Positions 1 through 13,339 of a stretch of DNA of 64,000 nt are shown one piece after another. The stretch spans positions 57,164,001 to 57,228,000 of the forward strand of contig NC_043010.1 in NCBI RefSeq assembly GCF_006345805.1, read 5' to 3'. Numbering within the stretch: the first letter of the stretch is position 1; the number at the start of each line of letters is the position of its first letter. Below the pieces are notes generated by a model. The model was not told where the DNA came from, ran no database searches, and was given only the letters and a program-made list of their open reading frames with translations. This DNA is from Octopus sinensis. Lineage: Eukaryota. The position numbers and the translations under genes are program-made.

Positions 1-1100
1 GGCTTGCTTAATGGCCGGATGTTTGTTGTGGCGGGAAAGGAAATATCTTGTGACTTTGATTTTTCAAAGTTAATGTGTCATTACAATTAATTTGCAAATC
101 TTTGTTGTTTCTCTCCAAACCTGTCACTGAATCAATATCAAAAAATATTGGATTGATTTCATTATAATCTCTCCTTACATCTCTAGAATTAAGGAGAAGG
201 TCATTGACTAAACTCTCCATTGACATCTCACATACCTATTCCCAGCCCCTCTTTTGTATTGTCATTTTGGAGGGAAACTTTGATGATACTCCTAGAAATG
301 TTGTGGTTTAACCCTTTGAAAATGAAACCAACTGATTCTTTGACACCAAAGTCTCATTTTCATAAGAAGAAGGGCATATTTTTTCTCAAAATCTGTAAAA
401 ATATATCTGACTTTAATAAACAAATATTTTATTCTGCAATGCTTTGTTCAATCCATTTGTTCTTAGAATTCCAATTCCATTCAAATGATTAGTAAAAAAA
501 AAAAAAGACAAACAAAAGATCCTTTGAGTCTTTTTCTTTCAGGATTCAAATGTGAAAGACAATGTGGTTTTATTGGAATCTGAAGAAGTTATTGCAACTG
601 AGAGATGTTAAATGTCTCAAGCAATAAAATTTTCTCTCAACAAAAAGCTAAAGATAAAAAAATACTACTTGTTCTGTTGATTAAATCAAATATAACTGTT
701 TTTAATCAGTCAGTATCAATTAAAATAACCTAATATCTTCATTATAATCAGCAGAACAATTAGTATTCTCCTTCTTTTTAATGAATGAGATTAGAAAACA
801 AAACAAACAAAAACAGTCAAATTTGCCCCCCAACTTCACCTTTGACCTCTCATCAACAACAAAATGTCTTCTAGTTTCTCCATTCCTTCAACAGCTTCCA
901 CTTCTCCAAAACTAATTGCTTTATTCTGCTCATATTTACAACACCAGATCTTCGTTTTTAGTTTCCACTGCAAAACATTTCGATTAACCTTTGCTATCTA
1001 AAACTGCATCAAAATGAATATTTTTCCATTTTATATTTATTAATTGGTCCAAAGAAAAGGAACAAAGACCAAAGCCTTTTGGGATTTTCCTGTGAATAAG
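1..1100 (-). mobile_element. Possible highly decayed L1/Tx1-like LINE endonuclease region
   Basis: Broken minus-strand translations FAVETK (~960) and GLGIGM*DVN/ESLVND (~245-200) resemble the APE QETK and GxGxWKxNxSLLxD motifs; many stops and frameshifts. Confidence 0.3.
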
Positions 1101-1779
1101 GAGAGTGGGTGGGGCTCATATTGTTAATGTAGGTTTTTTCTTATAATTGAGTTTCTTTTTATTAATCTAGTTTTACAAAATTAAATTAGAAAATTGGACA
1201 AAACAGAGAAAAAACTACTGAAAAAATTAAAACGGAAAAAAAGAGAAAAAAACCTAAAACAATGTAGGTTAGTTGTAGAAGATGATACAAGGATGAGAAG
1301 GGAATGCCGGAAGAACATAGGTCTGGGGAAGAAGAAGTGAATTCATGTCAAATAATGGGGTGGAGGAAAGTGAGACACTCAAAGAATGATAAGAAAAACA
1401 AGGACTCTGATTTATGTCAGGTTATCAAAGATTGTAAAGTTTAGCAATTCAGGTGTGGAAAGGGTGGTATTTGTGTTGCTTGAGGTCAGCAAGAAGATTG
1501 TGTTGTGCACTTGCTTTGTGTGGAGATGTTTGATTCCTGAGTTTTGTTTTGACTGGGTTTTCTGAATGTGATTGTAGGAGAGTTCAAGGTTTCTTATCAT
1601 TGAGTGGGGCTCATGTCTGGAATGAAATGTTAGGGTTACGTAAAGCTGTGACCTGTGAGAAGACAACACGGAAGTTGTTGTTTAGGCCTAAATATCACAT
1701 GGCTACCCAGTCTTCTTTATTTCCACATTTCTAAGCATTGTGTGTTGTGCTTGAGGGGATCCATCAAGCCAAATGAAAT

Positions 1780-2210
1780 CATAATCATGGTAAGCGGCAC
1801 CTTTCGAGTGTTGGGCCTCATGGAGGCAAAGTGGCTGAGTTCCTTTTGAGTGTTGGTCCTCACGAAGGTATTTGACACTGACTTTAGGCATTATGTCTTG
1901 CTTGAGAAGAAGACCCATCAAGCTGAGCTAAATTGCAGTCATGGCAGATATCGGTATCACACAAATGGCACATAAAAGCATCCTGGTGTTACGCAAATGG
2001 CACCCACGTCAGTGGCATGTAAAAGCACCCATTACACTCTCACAGTGGTTGGCGTTAGGAAGGGCATCCAGCAGTAGAAAACCATGCCAAATAAGACTGG
2101 AGTCTGTTGCAGCCTTCCAGTGTGCCAACCCGGTCAAACTGTCCAACCCATGTCAGCATGGACAATGGACGCTAAATGATGATGATGATGATGATGATGA
2201 TGATGGTGAT
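1780..2210 (+). mobile_element. RTE-LINE 3' end / RTE-tailed repeat with (GAT)n tail
   Basis: Recurring block gtggttggcgttaggaagggcatccagc...aacccatg(t/c)cagcatgg...(gat)n; related copies at ~3365-3680(-), 9570-9800(+), 38935-39330(-), 47500-48140(+), 52915-53125(-), 53770-53875(+). Confidence 0.75.
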
Positions 2211-3364
2211 GTGTACCCTAGACTACGTTACTTGATTTAGCCTCAGGTCAGTTTTGCCCAAGCAGACCTTCAACCTAAAATGGTAGCAAATGTGATAATT
2301 TCATCTTTAAGATATCACTGATTACTTCATTCAACATGTCCTTCTTTATTCAAAAGGGTTCTAGTATTAATACGAACAAAACTTGACTGATATTTCTAGC
2401 AAGTTGTATGGCCATGAAGAGCCTTCCTTGTTGGTTATAAAGTACAGAAGTAGTTTAACAAGGTGAACCATGTTGTATTGCTTTGGGTGATTGAAAGTAG
2501 GTTGTTCTAGAAAGAAGAAGAAGACAAGGACAAAGGAGCTTTGAAGTTCACCTGTTTTATTTCTGTGAGCTTTGGACTAAATACTTCAGCAGACCTTCTT
2601 GTTCATTAAATAACCATTTACAAAAACAGAAAGTACTCTTTAATCATGCTATTACCATCTAACCATTCCTTGTACCCAGCTTAGGTAGGAAATGTCAGGT
2701 GGAACTCAAATATGTTCCTGATAGAGAATAAGAAAATGCTATATTTCCAGTCCTCCAATCTCTCATCTGCCTCCACCTTTCCAGCAGTGGAGAAACATAG
2801 AACGTCAACAGACAGATAAAGTTTGAATTGAGTAAAAATGTTACAAGTTTTCATTCAGGATAGACAGGAAATGTCTCTGATATTTTGAGGTCTTTATTTT
2901 GTAAATGATCACCAAATTGTTCTTTTATATTGAGCTGCTTTGAGACTTTGCATGGCATTCCAAGTTTCTGTGTTGGAAATATATTCTTATAACAGACTTG
3001 CTATCTGTAGTTAGGCACAAAATCTCAGACTTTTTCTTTATGGACAGCTCGTACTTCCCATAGAATTGTTTAAGGTTTGATGAATATTTTTCACTAAAAT
3101 AGTCAGAACTTTTAAACCTATCATCACAGCTGAAACTAAAAAATGTAAAAGTGAGAATTTGGCAAAACCCAAGGCTATTTTTGTTGCAGGAAATAACTGA
3201 AAGGAAGGCGAAGAGAAAAGTTATAGACCTCTGTTTATGAAACAATGAGAAAGTTAATTAAATTTCCCTTGACATCAAAAGATGGCAGTGGATCGAATTT
3301 TTTCTCAGAATGAGCTTTGGAAAAATTATTTCTGTTAAAAAGAGGTAAATAATATGTGTGTATA

Positions 3365-3680
3365 TGTCATTTAATGTTCATTGTCCATGCTGACATGGGT
3401 TGGATAGTTTGACCGGGGCTGGTAAGCTGGAAGGCTGCACCAGACTCCGGTCTGATTTAGAATGGTTTTCTACAGTTGGATGCCCTTCCTAATGCCAACC
3501 ACTCTGAGAGTATAATGGGTGCTTTTATGTGCCGCCAGTACAAGAGCCATTTGTGTGACACTGATATCTGCCATGACTGTGATTTTGCTCAGCTTGATGG
3601 GTCTTCTTCTCAAGAAGGGCCTAATGCCAAACGTCTTGGTCATTGCCTCTGTAAGGCCCAATGCTTGAAAGGAACTCATC
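3365..3680 (-). mobile_element. RTE-LINE 3' end / RTE-tailed repeat
   Basis: Minus translation FQALGLTEAMTKT matches the RTE C-terminus seen at 47500 and 50690; same 3' block as 1780-2210. Confidence 0.7.
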
Positions 3681-4211
3681 CACTTTATACACACACACAC
3701 ACACACACACACATATATGTGTGCGTATGTATATGTTTGTGTGTGTGTTTGTTCCCTTACCATTGCTTACACCCAATGTTGGTGTATTTACACCCCCATA
3801 ACTTAGTAGTTTGACAAAAGAGACCAATAGAGTAAGTCCTGCCATTGATTTGTTTGACTAAAGGCAGTGCTCCAGCATGGCCACAGTCAAATGACTGAAG
3901 CAAGTGAATGAAAAAACTTCCTTTTTACTCAAAGTAAACCCTGTTTTTGTGTGTTTGCTTTTCCTCCTTGTATTGTCATCGATGTCTTGGCCCCTTGAGG
4001 CTAAGAAAAGAAATCATCATCATCATCATCATCATCATCAACATCATTAGCTGTGTCTCAATAGAAATGTAACCATTAAATTCTTTAGAAGATAATCAGG
4101 ACCAAACTAATATTAAAACAAACCAGCAGATTAACGGTAGAAATGCAAATTACAGCCGACCATTGCTTGTTAATGCAGTGAAGTTGTTTAATGCTGTTCT
4201 CTTTATACACA

Positions 4212-4267
4212 TAAATATAAATATAAATATAAATATAAATATAAATATAAATATAAATATAAATATA
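4212..4267. repeat. (AATATA)n microsatellite
   Basis: Direct reading. Confidence 0.95.
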
Positions 4268-5459
4268 GCCTACTGTTATTTTTGTCAAGCTTTAAAGGCT
4301 TCGAAGCCTTAATCCTCCCACCTCTGCCTCTCACCTCACTCTTCGTCTATGTTTGTCTGTCCGTCTGTCTGTCTCTCTCTCCCTCTCTCTCCCTCTTGTA
4401 ACTATGATTCATGTTGGAAGAACATGCATAGTTATGAAATGTCATTAAATACAGTAAATTAGACATTTTTGCCTCCTCTAATACAAAGCAGTGGAATTGC
4501 TGAAGAAGCCAGCCTGTTTCTGCTTCCATTGTCACCCGAATAGCAGAACAGGTCAAGGGACTGAATTGATGAATGGCTTTCATTTGAACTTCAGAGTATA
4601 ATAGCAGAGGGATACACACAACATCTCGTTACTTTCTGCTAATATGTTATCTGTTTATAAAATAACTAATCTTTAAAGGTAGTGTTTTGTTTTTGGTGAT
4701 GATGGGGAAAGTGGAAAGAAAACAAACATGAAAAAGCATAAAAAAAATTAAAAAAACCCCAGCTGACTTAAAAGAATTCCAGCAGAGATTTTGTGTTGTC
4801 TATTTCTATAATTTGTAAATTTATGTCAGCATTTTATGTTTTTTGTTGAGTTTGTTGAATTTATTGTGGTTACAAATTCTAACTAAAGAATCCCGATTAG
4901 ACATGTCAGAGGGAAATCTGTTTGTTTTCCCTTTCATGGTGGTGGTGTTGGTGGTTGAGAGGTGTGGGAGAAGAAGGGTGGTGATATTAGCGTATATGGT
5001 AGTGAGGTAGGGGAGGTGGCAGTGAGAAGTGGGTGGGAGTCATCCTGGTGGTAAACAATGGCATTGACGAAGTAATAAAGCAGGGATCGGATGGCAATTA
5101 TGTTAACGAATACATTATGGGATTTTGATCAGAAATATTTCCTGTTGATGAAAGCCAAAGAAAGGAACTCACAGACGACCACTCAAGCAACATATAACTA
5201 TTTATAATGACAATTCTATTCCATCTTCATCGTTATGCTTTGACTTCATCTTGTAGGATATTAATGAGAGCAGGTGAGACCCTTGTTTCGGAATTACCTT
5301 TTCTTTCCTTCTACAGCTCATTTTATCAAATTAGTAACAGCTTTTAGAAAGTTGTGATGCATCAAAGTCCTTTTTTATAATAAAGAGGGTTACAGAGTAC
5401 ATCCTTTACACAGCTTGCACTGTGGGTCATTCCTTAAATCACTTGTCGGGAGTGGAGAA

Positions 5460-5700
5460 TGGCACTTGTTTCCTTAAGTGGTGTCAAGTAGCACCAATGC
5501 CATCAGGGAAAGTCCATGTCCTTTCAGTTCATGTTCTTTTCTTTTCCTCATCTGACCACCACACCAAATAATCAGAGTCAGATGCAGCAACAATCTTTTT
5601 TTGTTTTATTATTTGTTGAAATTTGTTCTCAGCTTCCTTTCTGATGCTTCTTTCATTTCCATGATTAAACATTCTTTGCTTTTGCTCTTTGGTTCTCCAG
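5460..5700 (-). mobile_element. Possible decayed Tc1/Tc3-like transposase fragment
   Basis: Minus translation LVWWSDEEKK...FPDG...HHLRKQVPFST resembles the Tc1-family VIFSDEKKFNLDGPDG..YWHDLRKE..FSTRQ segment; interrupted by stops. Confidence 0.35.
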
Positions 5701-6269
5701 TTGCTGTTCTGCAACCCTTCTCAAGTCTAATTGATCCAGAAGACAGCATTGTTGGGTACATCTCACATTCTAAGGATGGTATTGTCTCTTTGAGTCACAA
5801 GAGAAGGCATTACTTGAAACCTTTGGTGATTTGTTGTTGCCTGCTATCAAGTAAACAACAACTGGTAACTAAGAACTATCTGAGAGGCTTTCAGAATAAT
5901 AACAATAATAATAGTAATAATTATGATGATGATGATGATAAATGAGTATGTGGCTGTTGACATAAACAACTCAGGGAATTGGTACGACCCCTACTCTGCT
6001 TAGACCAGTGTAGCCCTTGAATCTGTGAATGTCTGGCAGCAGATTACACAGGAAGAACTTGGCATCCCTTAGCCTTGGCCAGTAACCAAGTTAGAGTTGG
6101 CATTGTACTTGGGGGTAACCCTTGTACATAAAATACTCACTATTCTAAATATTCTTGGGGAGAAAATCCTGTAGAAAACCATTTTTTATAATGATGGAAA
6201 GCAATATTAACCCAGATAATGATGTGAACAGGCAGACTCCTCTAAGAGTTCAAGACACCATAGGGGGGG

Positions 6270-6380
6270 GGGGACAAACAAGGACAGGCAAAGGAGTTAA
6301 GTCGATTACATCGACCCCAGTGCATAACTGGTACTTAATTTATCGACCCCGAAAGGATGAAAGGCAAAGTCAACCTCAGT
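6270..6380 (-). mobile_element. SINE fragment (same family as 17960-18190)
   Basis: Reverse complement of gactttgcctttcatcctttcggggtcgataaattaagtaccag. Confidence 0.7.
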
Positions 6381-7057
6381 CTATAAGTTCTGCCAATCCT
6401 TAACTTTTTGCCATTTGCCATCCTTACTAAAAGTAGCAATGATTTCTAAGATAATCATGAAATCTTGAATTTTCGTCCAAGAACAGTTGATGATATGAAG
6501 TGCCCTGTGTTATGATGCTAGTCTGTTTTTTTAAATAGGAACTTTAGAAATATGGTTAAAGGGGAATAAGAATTTCTCCTATTGATGCTACTCCAATGAA
6601 TGGAACTATTTTGACTCCAAATCAACGCAGCTGAACAAAACCTACCACTGCACCACTCTATTTATTACCATCAACAATAATAATCATTCTCTCCTAAATT
6701 AGTCAGTCATGAAGAAATTAAGATCCGTGATTTTTAGCAAAGAAGTCGTAAAACAAATTATTGCACAGAAAGTCTAATATTTTCCCAAAATGTCTGCTAT
6801 AAAAATCATTGCTTCATAATTGAAGCAGAAGTATCGGTGGATTATATGTTATAGTCTTTTTTTATGTTGCTAGTAAGCAGAGACTAATGTTCTCTTATGG
6901 GCAAGTAAATAAATGATAGCGTTTTAGAAGTCACAAGATATGACAACTATTCTGTAGTCAGTAACCAAACAGCTCTGGTTTCTCTCATCTTTATAGCTTT
7001 CACAATAACCTCTACACCACACTTCATTAACAACATTTTATTGCTAACCTTTTTCTC

Positions 7058-7152
7058 ATTATTATTATTATTATCATTATCATTATTATTGTTGTTGTTG
7101 TTGTTGTTGTTGTTGTTCTTCTTCTTCTTCTTCTTCTTCTTCTTCTCTTCTT

Positions 7153-7183
<31 letters not shown>

Positions 7184-7252
7184 TTATTATTATTATTATT
7201 ATCATTATTATTATTATTATTATTGTTATTATCGTTATTATTATTATTATTA
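7058..7252. repeat. Compound trinucleotide microsatellite (ATT/GTT/CTT)
   Basis: Direct reading. Confidence 0.95.
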
Positions 7253-7430
7253 ATATTTTGCCAGTGTTATTTTTATTGTGTGCTTTTCACTGTCCAATTG
7301 AGCACAGTTCTGTGAACCTTGGGTTTGTGCCGGAATTTGGTTTGTCTTTTTTCTGTTATCATGAAATTAGAAAATATTATATCTAATATGTGTACAGTAG
7401 TGATAAGTGGTGCTATTTAATGTGTGAGAA

Positions 7431-7489
<59 letters not shown>

Positions 7490-7829
7490 CTTGTATATGT
7501 ATGTATGAATGTATTTATGTATGTATATATCTATATTAATCAAGAATTGGGGTCGATATCAACAGTACCCCCCTTTGAATGTGTGACTAAGCTAACATAA
7601 AAAACTATCATCATCATTATTATTATTGTTGTTGTTGTTGTTATTGAACAGTAAACCCAGTGCCCCACATCAAAGTGGCTGTTGAATGTTACTACTGGTT
7701 TCACTCCAGTATTAAAATGCTCAGTTCTGCATGTCATCATTTCAGGGTCTATACCAGTCATGTACTGGGGTTAATTTAATTGACTATATCCCTTTTCTCA
7801 AAATGTATGTACAAGTGAAGTATCCACAC

Positions 7830-8569
7830 TGTCCTTCCATTTTTAGGCTGCTCTCATGTCAATTCTGATTTCATATTTCTCAAAGTTGGCTGTTAGTGCT
7901 CTGAGTGCCCCTACAACTACTGACTCAATGGAAAATACAGCAAGATTTTTCAAAATTGGTAAAAATGTATTTGTGAGAGCATTTAGGAATGGAAAACCGA
8001 GTTGGGAAGATGGCATGATCACCAAACACATAAGAAAAGTGCTATTCTTGGTAAAAAGTAGAAAAGGCGTCTACAAGAGACACATGAACCAACTGTAACA
8101 AAGATTTGTTGAGAGTGAACCCATGAGAATGGAAGAACCAATGGAATGTTTATAAAATTCTTTTTAAGTACAATGTCACCACAGGTGATTGAACCCAGAT
8201 GCACAAGCGTAAGAAAAAGAAAATGTATGGATTTCCTGGAAGTAGATTCCAAATGGAAAAAATATTAAATGTGTAACTAAGAAAAAATACTCAAAGAAGG
8301 AGGTGAGGTGATATAAAAAGTATTGTTATTAAAAGAAATAAAATGATACTCTCTAAGCAAAGAAGAAAAACTTAAAAGGGGAGATGTTGTGGGGATAAAA
8401 GTAATAATAGAACACCCCTCCCATGTGACAAGTGGTATGTTCTTGTCATAATAAATAAGGTGATGTTGGTCAGTATAGAGAGAGTGTATGAAGTAGATAC
8501 TCATAGATAGTCGTGGTCTTACTTGTCTAACGAACTCTACTGTTGATAGTTTTTGTAAAGTAGTGAACA
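7830..8569 (+). mobile_element. Gypsy/Ty3 LTR retrotransposon 3' remnant: integrase C-terminus, polypurine tract and start of the 3' LTR
   Basis: ORF 7856-8098 (KIGKNVFVRAFRNGKPSWEDGMI...VYKRHMNQL) resembles the Gypsy post-integrase domain; purine tract aaaaggggaga abuts TGTTG at 8385; LTR end at ...AACA 8569 is tentative. Confidence 0.65.
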
Positions 8570-10334
8570 TTTGTGAAAAATATGTTTTATTCAGAGTTAA
8601 AAATGCTGTAAATATTACTCACTGTGCCCCACCTACCCCACCTACTGGAAACTAGAAAAACAGACTTTTGGAAATAGCTGTTTGAATTTTCCTGTTTTTA
8701 TCAGGTTTTACCCCAACTTTTTTGCTACGCATTGCAGAACAATAAAGAGAAGCTGTTTTAAAAGAAGAAGAATTCATGTCTTTTAAATGTTGCTATCTCT
8801 ACCCACCCCATTACACACACACACACATGCATGCAGCATGTGCACACACACACACACACACACGCATGCATGCAGCATGTGTACACATACATGAATATAT
8901 GTGAAAGACAGCCAGGCACACATGTGCATGTATTTAGTAATAAAATAACAATAATAATTATTTTAATAAAAAACAAAAACAAACAAATTTAATTTGAAGT
9001 TAAATTAATCAGTTTTTCCAAATTTTATTTATTTACAATAATTACAATTCTCATGATTCCATGAGTATTATTCGTTAAATCACTTCTAAAGAACAAAACT
9101 GAGAAAACATCTGAGAATTTCAAAAAGGAGCAAGGTCGTTTTGTTTTTTTATGATGGTTTAAGCAAACTCCTTCTACTGTCATCGGATGACATGTGATGA
9201 GGCGTTATTTAATTGTTAATCAAAGCTTTATATTGGTTGTTGAAGCAAACAAAATACCTCAAGTTATGTTTGAAATAACTTTACGTAAGATTCTAAATTA
9301 TTTGTAAATATAATCTTTACATTAAAAACGAAAAACGAAAATATGAAACCCATTGTTGTGAATATTTTGTCTTTGAATTACTTTGTAATTAAAGAGGGGG
9401 AATTAATGGAATATAATTATTCTCTTGATTAGGAAATTTTAGAAGAAAGAAGTAGAGTCACCAAAGTTTTTCCTTCCACCATATTACAGGTGTTTAGTGA
9501 TTTTGATGAAAGGAAATATAAATAATAATTCATCTGCCAAAGTATTAATGTTTCACCTTTATTATGATCCGATGGTGCCATGAAAAAAACGCCCATGCTG
9601 GTGCCATGTTGAAAGCATCAGTGCTGGTGCCACGTAATATGCACCCAGTACATTCTGTAAAGTGGTTGGCATTAGGAAAGGATTGTCAAAGCGGACAATT
9701 GGGGCCTGGAACAGCTCCCCAGCTGGTCAGCTCCTGTCAAACCATCCAACCATGCCATCATGGAAAACAGATTTTGAATGACGATGATGATGATGAAGAT
9801 GTTACTCAAGTAAGAATCATTAAACCATTATGCTTTCTTTTATATAATTTTTGTTCTAACGTTTTTTTTTCAAATGGCTGTGCGGTTAACAAGCTCCTGT
9901 TTCAGCTGTGGGAGATTTAGGTTCAGTCCCACTGTGCAACACCTTGGGTAAGTGACTTCTTCTATGTGTGTATGTGTGTGTATGCACATGCATGTGACTT
10001 CTTCTATGTGTGTGTTGTTTGTGTGTGTGTATGCACATGCATGAGTATGTCTGTGTTTGTCTCCCGCCACAACCATTTGACAAGGGGTGTTGGTTTATTT
10101 ATATTCCTGCAACTTCGTAGTTCATCAAAAGAGACCTTTGAAATAAGTAGTGAAGTCAATTTGTTTAACTAAAACCCCTTCAAGATGTTGCCCCAGCATA
10201 GCCACAGTCCAAGGACTGAAACAAATTCCTTATATGGACACAAAGGCTCAGATTTAAAGGAAGGCTTATCTTAACAAGATTGAGGGATGAAAGAGAAAAT
10301 CCTTAGTGTGATTTGAACTCAGAACATACACACA

Positions 10335-10473
10335 CTGCTTATCTTGATATGAGATTACTATGTCATACACATATGGCTGTGATGCATGTGCCTGGTGTAC
10401 CCTTATCAGATGGGCTTTGTATATTTGTATCCCAGTGTCACTTTGATGATATGCACTGCTCTCTCACTCACTC
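10335..10473 (+). mobile_element. (AAT)n-tailed repeat family ending ctctctcactc (LINE 3' UTR or SINE)
   Basis: Homologous to 45554-45763 and 46624-47151; all end in ...ctctctcactc followed by an (AAT)n-type tail. Confidence 0.7.
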
Positions 10474-10525
<52 letters not shown>

Positions 10526-10543
10526 GTAATAATAATGATGATG

Positions 10544-10583
<40 letters not shown>

Positions 10584-10606
10584 TAATAATAATAATAATA
10601 GTAATA

Positions 10607-10671
<65 letters not shown>

Positions 10672-10673
<2 letters not shown>

Positions 10674-10880
10674 TAGACAGGTTAGGTTGGGAGGTTAAGC
10701 TGTTGTGGTTGATGTAAAAGGTGGTAGTAGCAGCAATAATTGTTGGAGCCCTGGGAAGAGTGAGTAAAAATCTTGAGAAGTACGTGGAACAAATAGGGGC
10801 TGCAATAAAGGTGCAGTACTTGCAGAAAACAGCACTGCTTGGACCCGCTCGGATACTCCGGATGGTGCTCGAAAAATAAA
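10672..10880 (+). mobile_element. R4/Dong-clade non-LTR retrotransposon 3' fragment (RLE C-terminus) abutting an (AAT)n array
   Basis: Translation DRLGWEVKLLWLM*KVVVAAIIVGALGRVSKNLEKYVEQIG...LQKTALLGPARILRMVLEK*. Confidence 0.8.
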
Positions 10881-11970
10881 AACATCATTGTCACTCAGAT
10901 TTGACCTTTCACCATAAATAATTCAACTAAATACAAAGCCCAAAATTTTGGGGATGATCCTGAAGACTTAGGATCAAATGTCTTCCATTTGGGATTATCA
11001 CATACTTCATCCAATGTTTTGGTTCATCTTTAAGTTGGTAGGGTGTGATTTGAGACAGATTTACCTGCTACATCTAACGAGTCAAGTGACACCATGGAGG
11101 CTCTCTCACTGACCTGAGTCCCTTCTAGAATGGGAGAGAGGTATAATGGGATGTGATTTAATAAAGTCAAATCAATTTTGTAAGGAAACATGCTCAGGGA
11201 AGGAATGCAGCAGTATTTAGTGGACAAATGTCATCTGTAAAATTTGATTTTTTGTCTGACTTGAAAAACGTAATCAACCAGACAGAAATACAGATTAACT
11301 TTTTAAGGACCAAACTATTTTAAGACAAAAAAAGAAGGTTTTGTGTTTACATCTTCCAAACACATAATCCTGAAATGATTGTTAATCATTTTGATTGAAG
11401 ATTAGATTATCCTAAGTATTAAAGAGATTGTGCTTAAAGCATTTGAAGAGAATGTCTAGCAATGAAAATGAAGAATTATTCTTTTATCAGAAGCGTTTGG
11501 TTGAGTTTAGGTTTTGTTTATAATATTCATGACTACAACAACCTCTGCACCTACAGACCTAAATATATGTTGCTGTGAAAAGGTTTGCAAACAGAACATT
11601 TGAGAAACTTTAACAAATTTTTCTTAAATATAATATATCAACATAAACATAATTTTTATCGATAATTTAATACTATATCTGAAAATAATTCAGTTAATGT
11701 CACTTTTTAAAAAAGAGAAACATCATTTACACATTCACAAAATTTTGAAAGTGTTTCAGAATTTATTGGGAAATTTTTGAAAACACATTAATATTCCGTA
11801 ATCCTCTTTAGCTTCAACTGAGGACTGAATTTATTTGTCATTGAATATATTAATAAGATAATTACATGATCTAGATTTTCTCATTATTTTTTCAGTGCCC
11901 TACTTCAACTCAGTCAAAGCAATGTCTTTTTTTGCCAATGCTACTCAGAGCATCTGCCATGGTTGGATAA

Positions 11971-12198
11971 GACAATTTCTGCAACCACATCACCCCTAAC
12001 ATCTGGCCTCCTAACTCTCCAGACTGCAAACCCCTCGATTATTATGTGTGGGGCTCAGTTGAGCACGAGACCAACAAAACTCCTTGTAACACCAAAGGTG
12101 AACTGAAGGCAAGGATTATGACAGCATTCACCAATTTAAACAAGGAGACCATCAAGAAGCGTTGCAGGAGATTCCAAAGTCATCTGGAGGTTGTAGTT
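11971..12198 (+). mobile_element. Tc1/mariner-superfamily transposase C-terminal fragment
   Basis: DNFCNHITPNIWPPNSPDCKPLDYYVWG...KGELKARIMTAF...CRRFQSHLEVVV (WPPNSPDxNPxD motif). Confidence 0.85.
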
Positions 12199-12725
12199 GC
12201 TGCTGTTTTTACTCATGCTTTTGCTAAGGTTAGCTCTCTGGGAATATATGTCAGGTATCGATCTTCTGGCCACCTCTTTAATCTGTGCCAATTTGTTGCC
12301 AATTCAAAAGTTTTCCAGTCTCTTATTCGTGACCTCCTTTATGCAGATGACTGTGACTTAGTCACTCATATAGTGGATGACATGCAAATACATATGAATC
12401 GTATTTTTGCTTCTTGCAAGGCATTTGGACTCCACACTAGCCTGGACAAGACTGTTGTAATGCTCCAGCCTGCATCAGGAAATCCATATGTGGAACCAGC
12501 TATCTTGGTTGAAGGAACAATACTGAAAGTGGTCAACAAGTTTGTCCACCTGTGCAGCACATTCCGCTATTCTTGCTCCCTGGATGAGGAAATATTTTTC
12601 AGGCTGCAGAGAGCAACTGATTCCTTCCGGTCTCTTCAGTCTCGTTTCTGATCCCAGCAAGGCATCACAAGGCAAGCAATAATTGCTGCGTACCATGCAT
12701 GTGTACTGACATCACTCCTTTACTC
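12199..12725 (+). mobile_element. RTE-clade LINE reverse transcriptase fragment
   Basis: GIYVRYRSSGHLFNL...IRDLLYADDCDL...FGLHTSLDKTVVM...VVNKFVHLCST (YADD catalytic motif); in-frame stop at 12649-12651. Confidence 0.88.
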
Positions 12726-12742
12726 ATATGTATATATATATA

Positions 12743-12999
12743 TATATATTAGAAGAAATGAGGTACTCAGAAATCCAGATGGTTTTATATTTACAGACAT
12801 TTATTAGTATGTTACATGCTTTTATAAATCATATATCATATATTAGCGCTTTCGTTCAATCTAGTGGGAAGACTCCACTAGAATGGATGAAAGCGCTACT
12901 ATATGATATATGATTTATAAAAACATGTAACATACAAATAAACATCTGTAAATATAAAACCATCTGGATTTCTGAGTACCTCATTTCTTCTAATATATA
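12743..12999. repeat. Long fold-back inverted repeat (~125-bp arms, 7-nt loop), probably an inverted Penelope-like pseudo-LTR
   Basis: tatattagaagaaatgaggtactcagaaatccagatgg...ctagtgg / ccactag...ccatctggatttctgagtacctcatttcttctaatata, with few mismatches. Confidence 0.9.
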
Positions 13000-13339
13000 A
13001 TACCTGTACTTCATCTCCAAACCTTCTAATATATCTATATATATATATATATATATATATCTATATATATATACATACGTACATATATATCTATATATAC
13101 ATATAGGTTAGCTATATCAAAGATGGCTGAAGAGGTCAGTGTGGAATAAGTTTATCAGTGAAAAAGAAAAATAATGAATAAGAGGATTGATGAAGTGGGT
13201 TGTGTTCAAGATTTAATATATAAGAAGGTATACGACGTATGGTCTTATATAGATGAACTGTGGGTGATTTGTGTGTATGTGTGTGTGTATGTATGTACGT
13301 GTGTGTGTGTGTGCATTAAAGAGGATTAAAAATGTCTAT

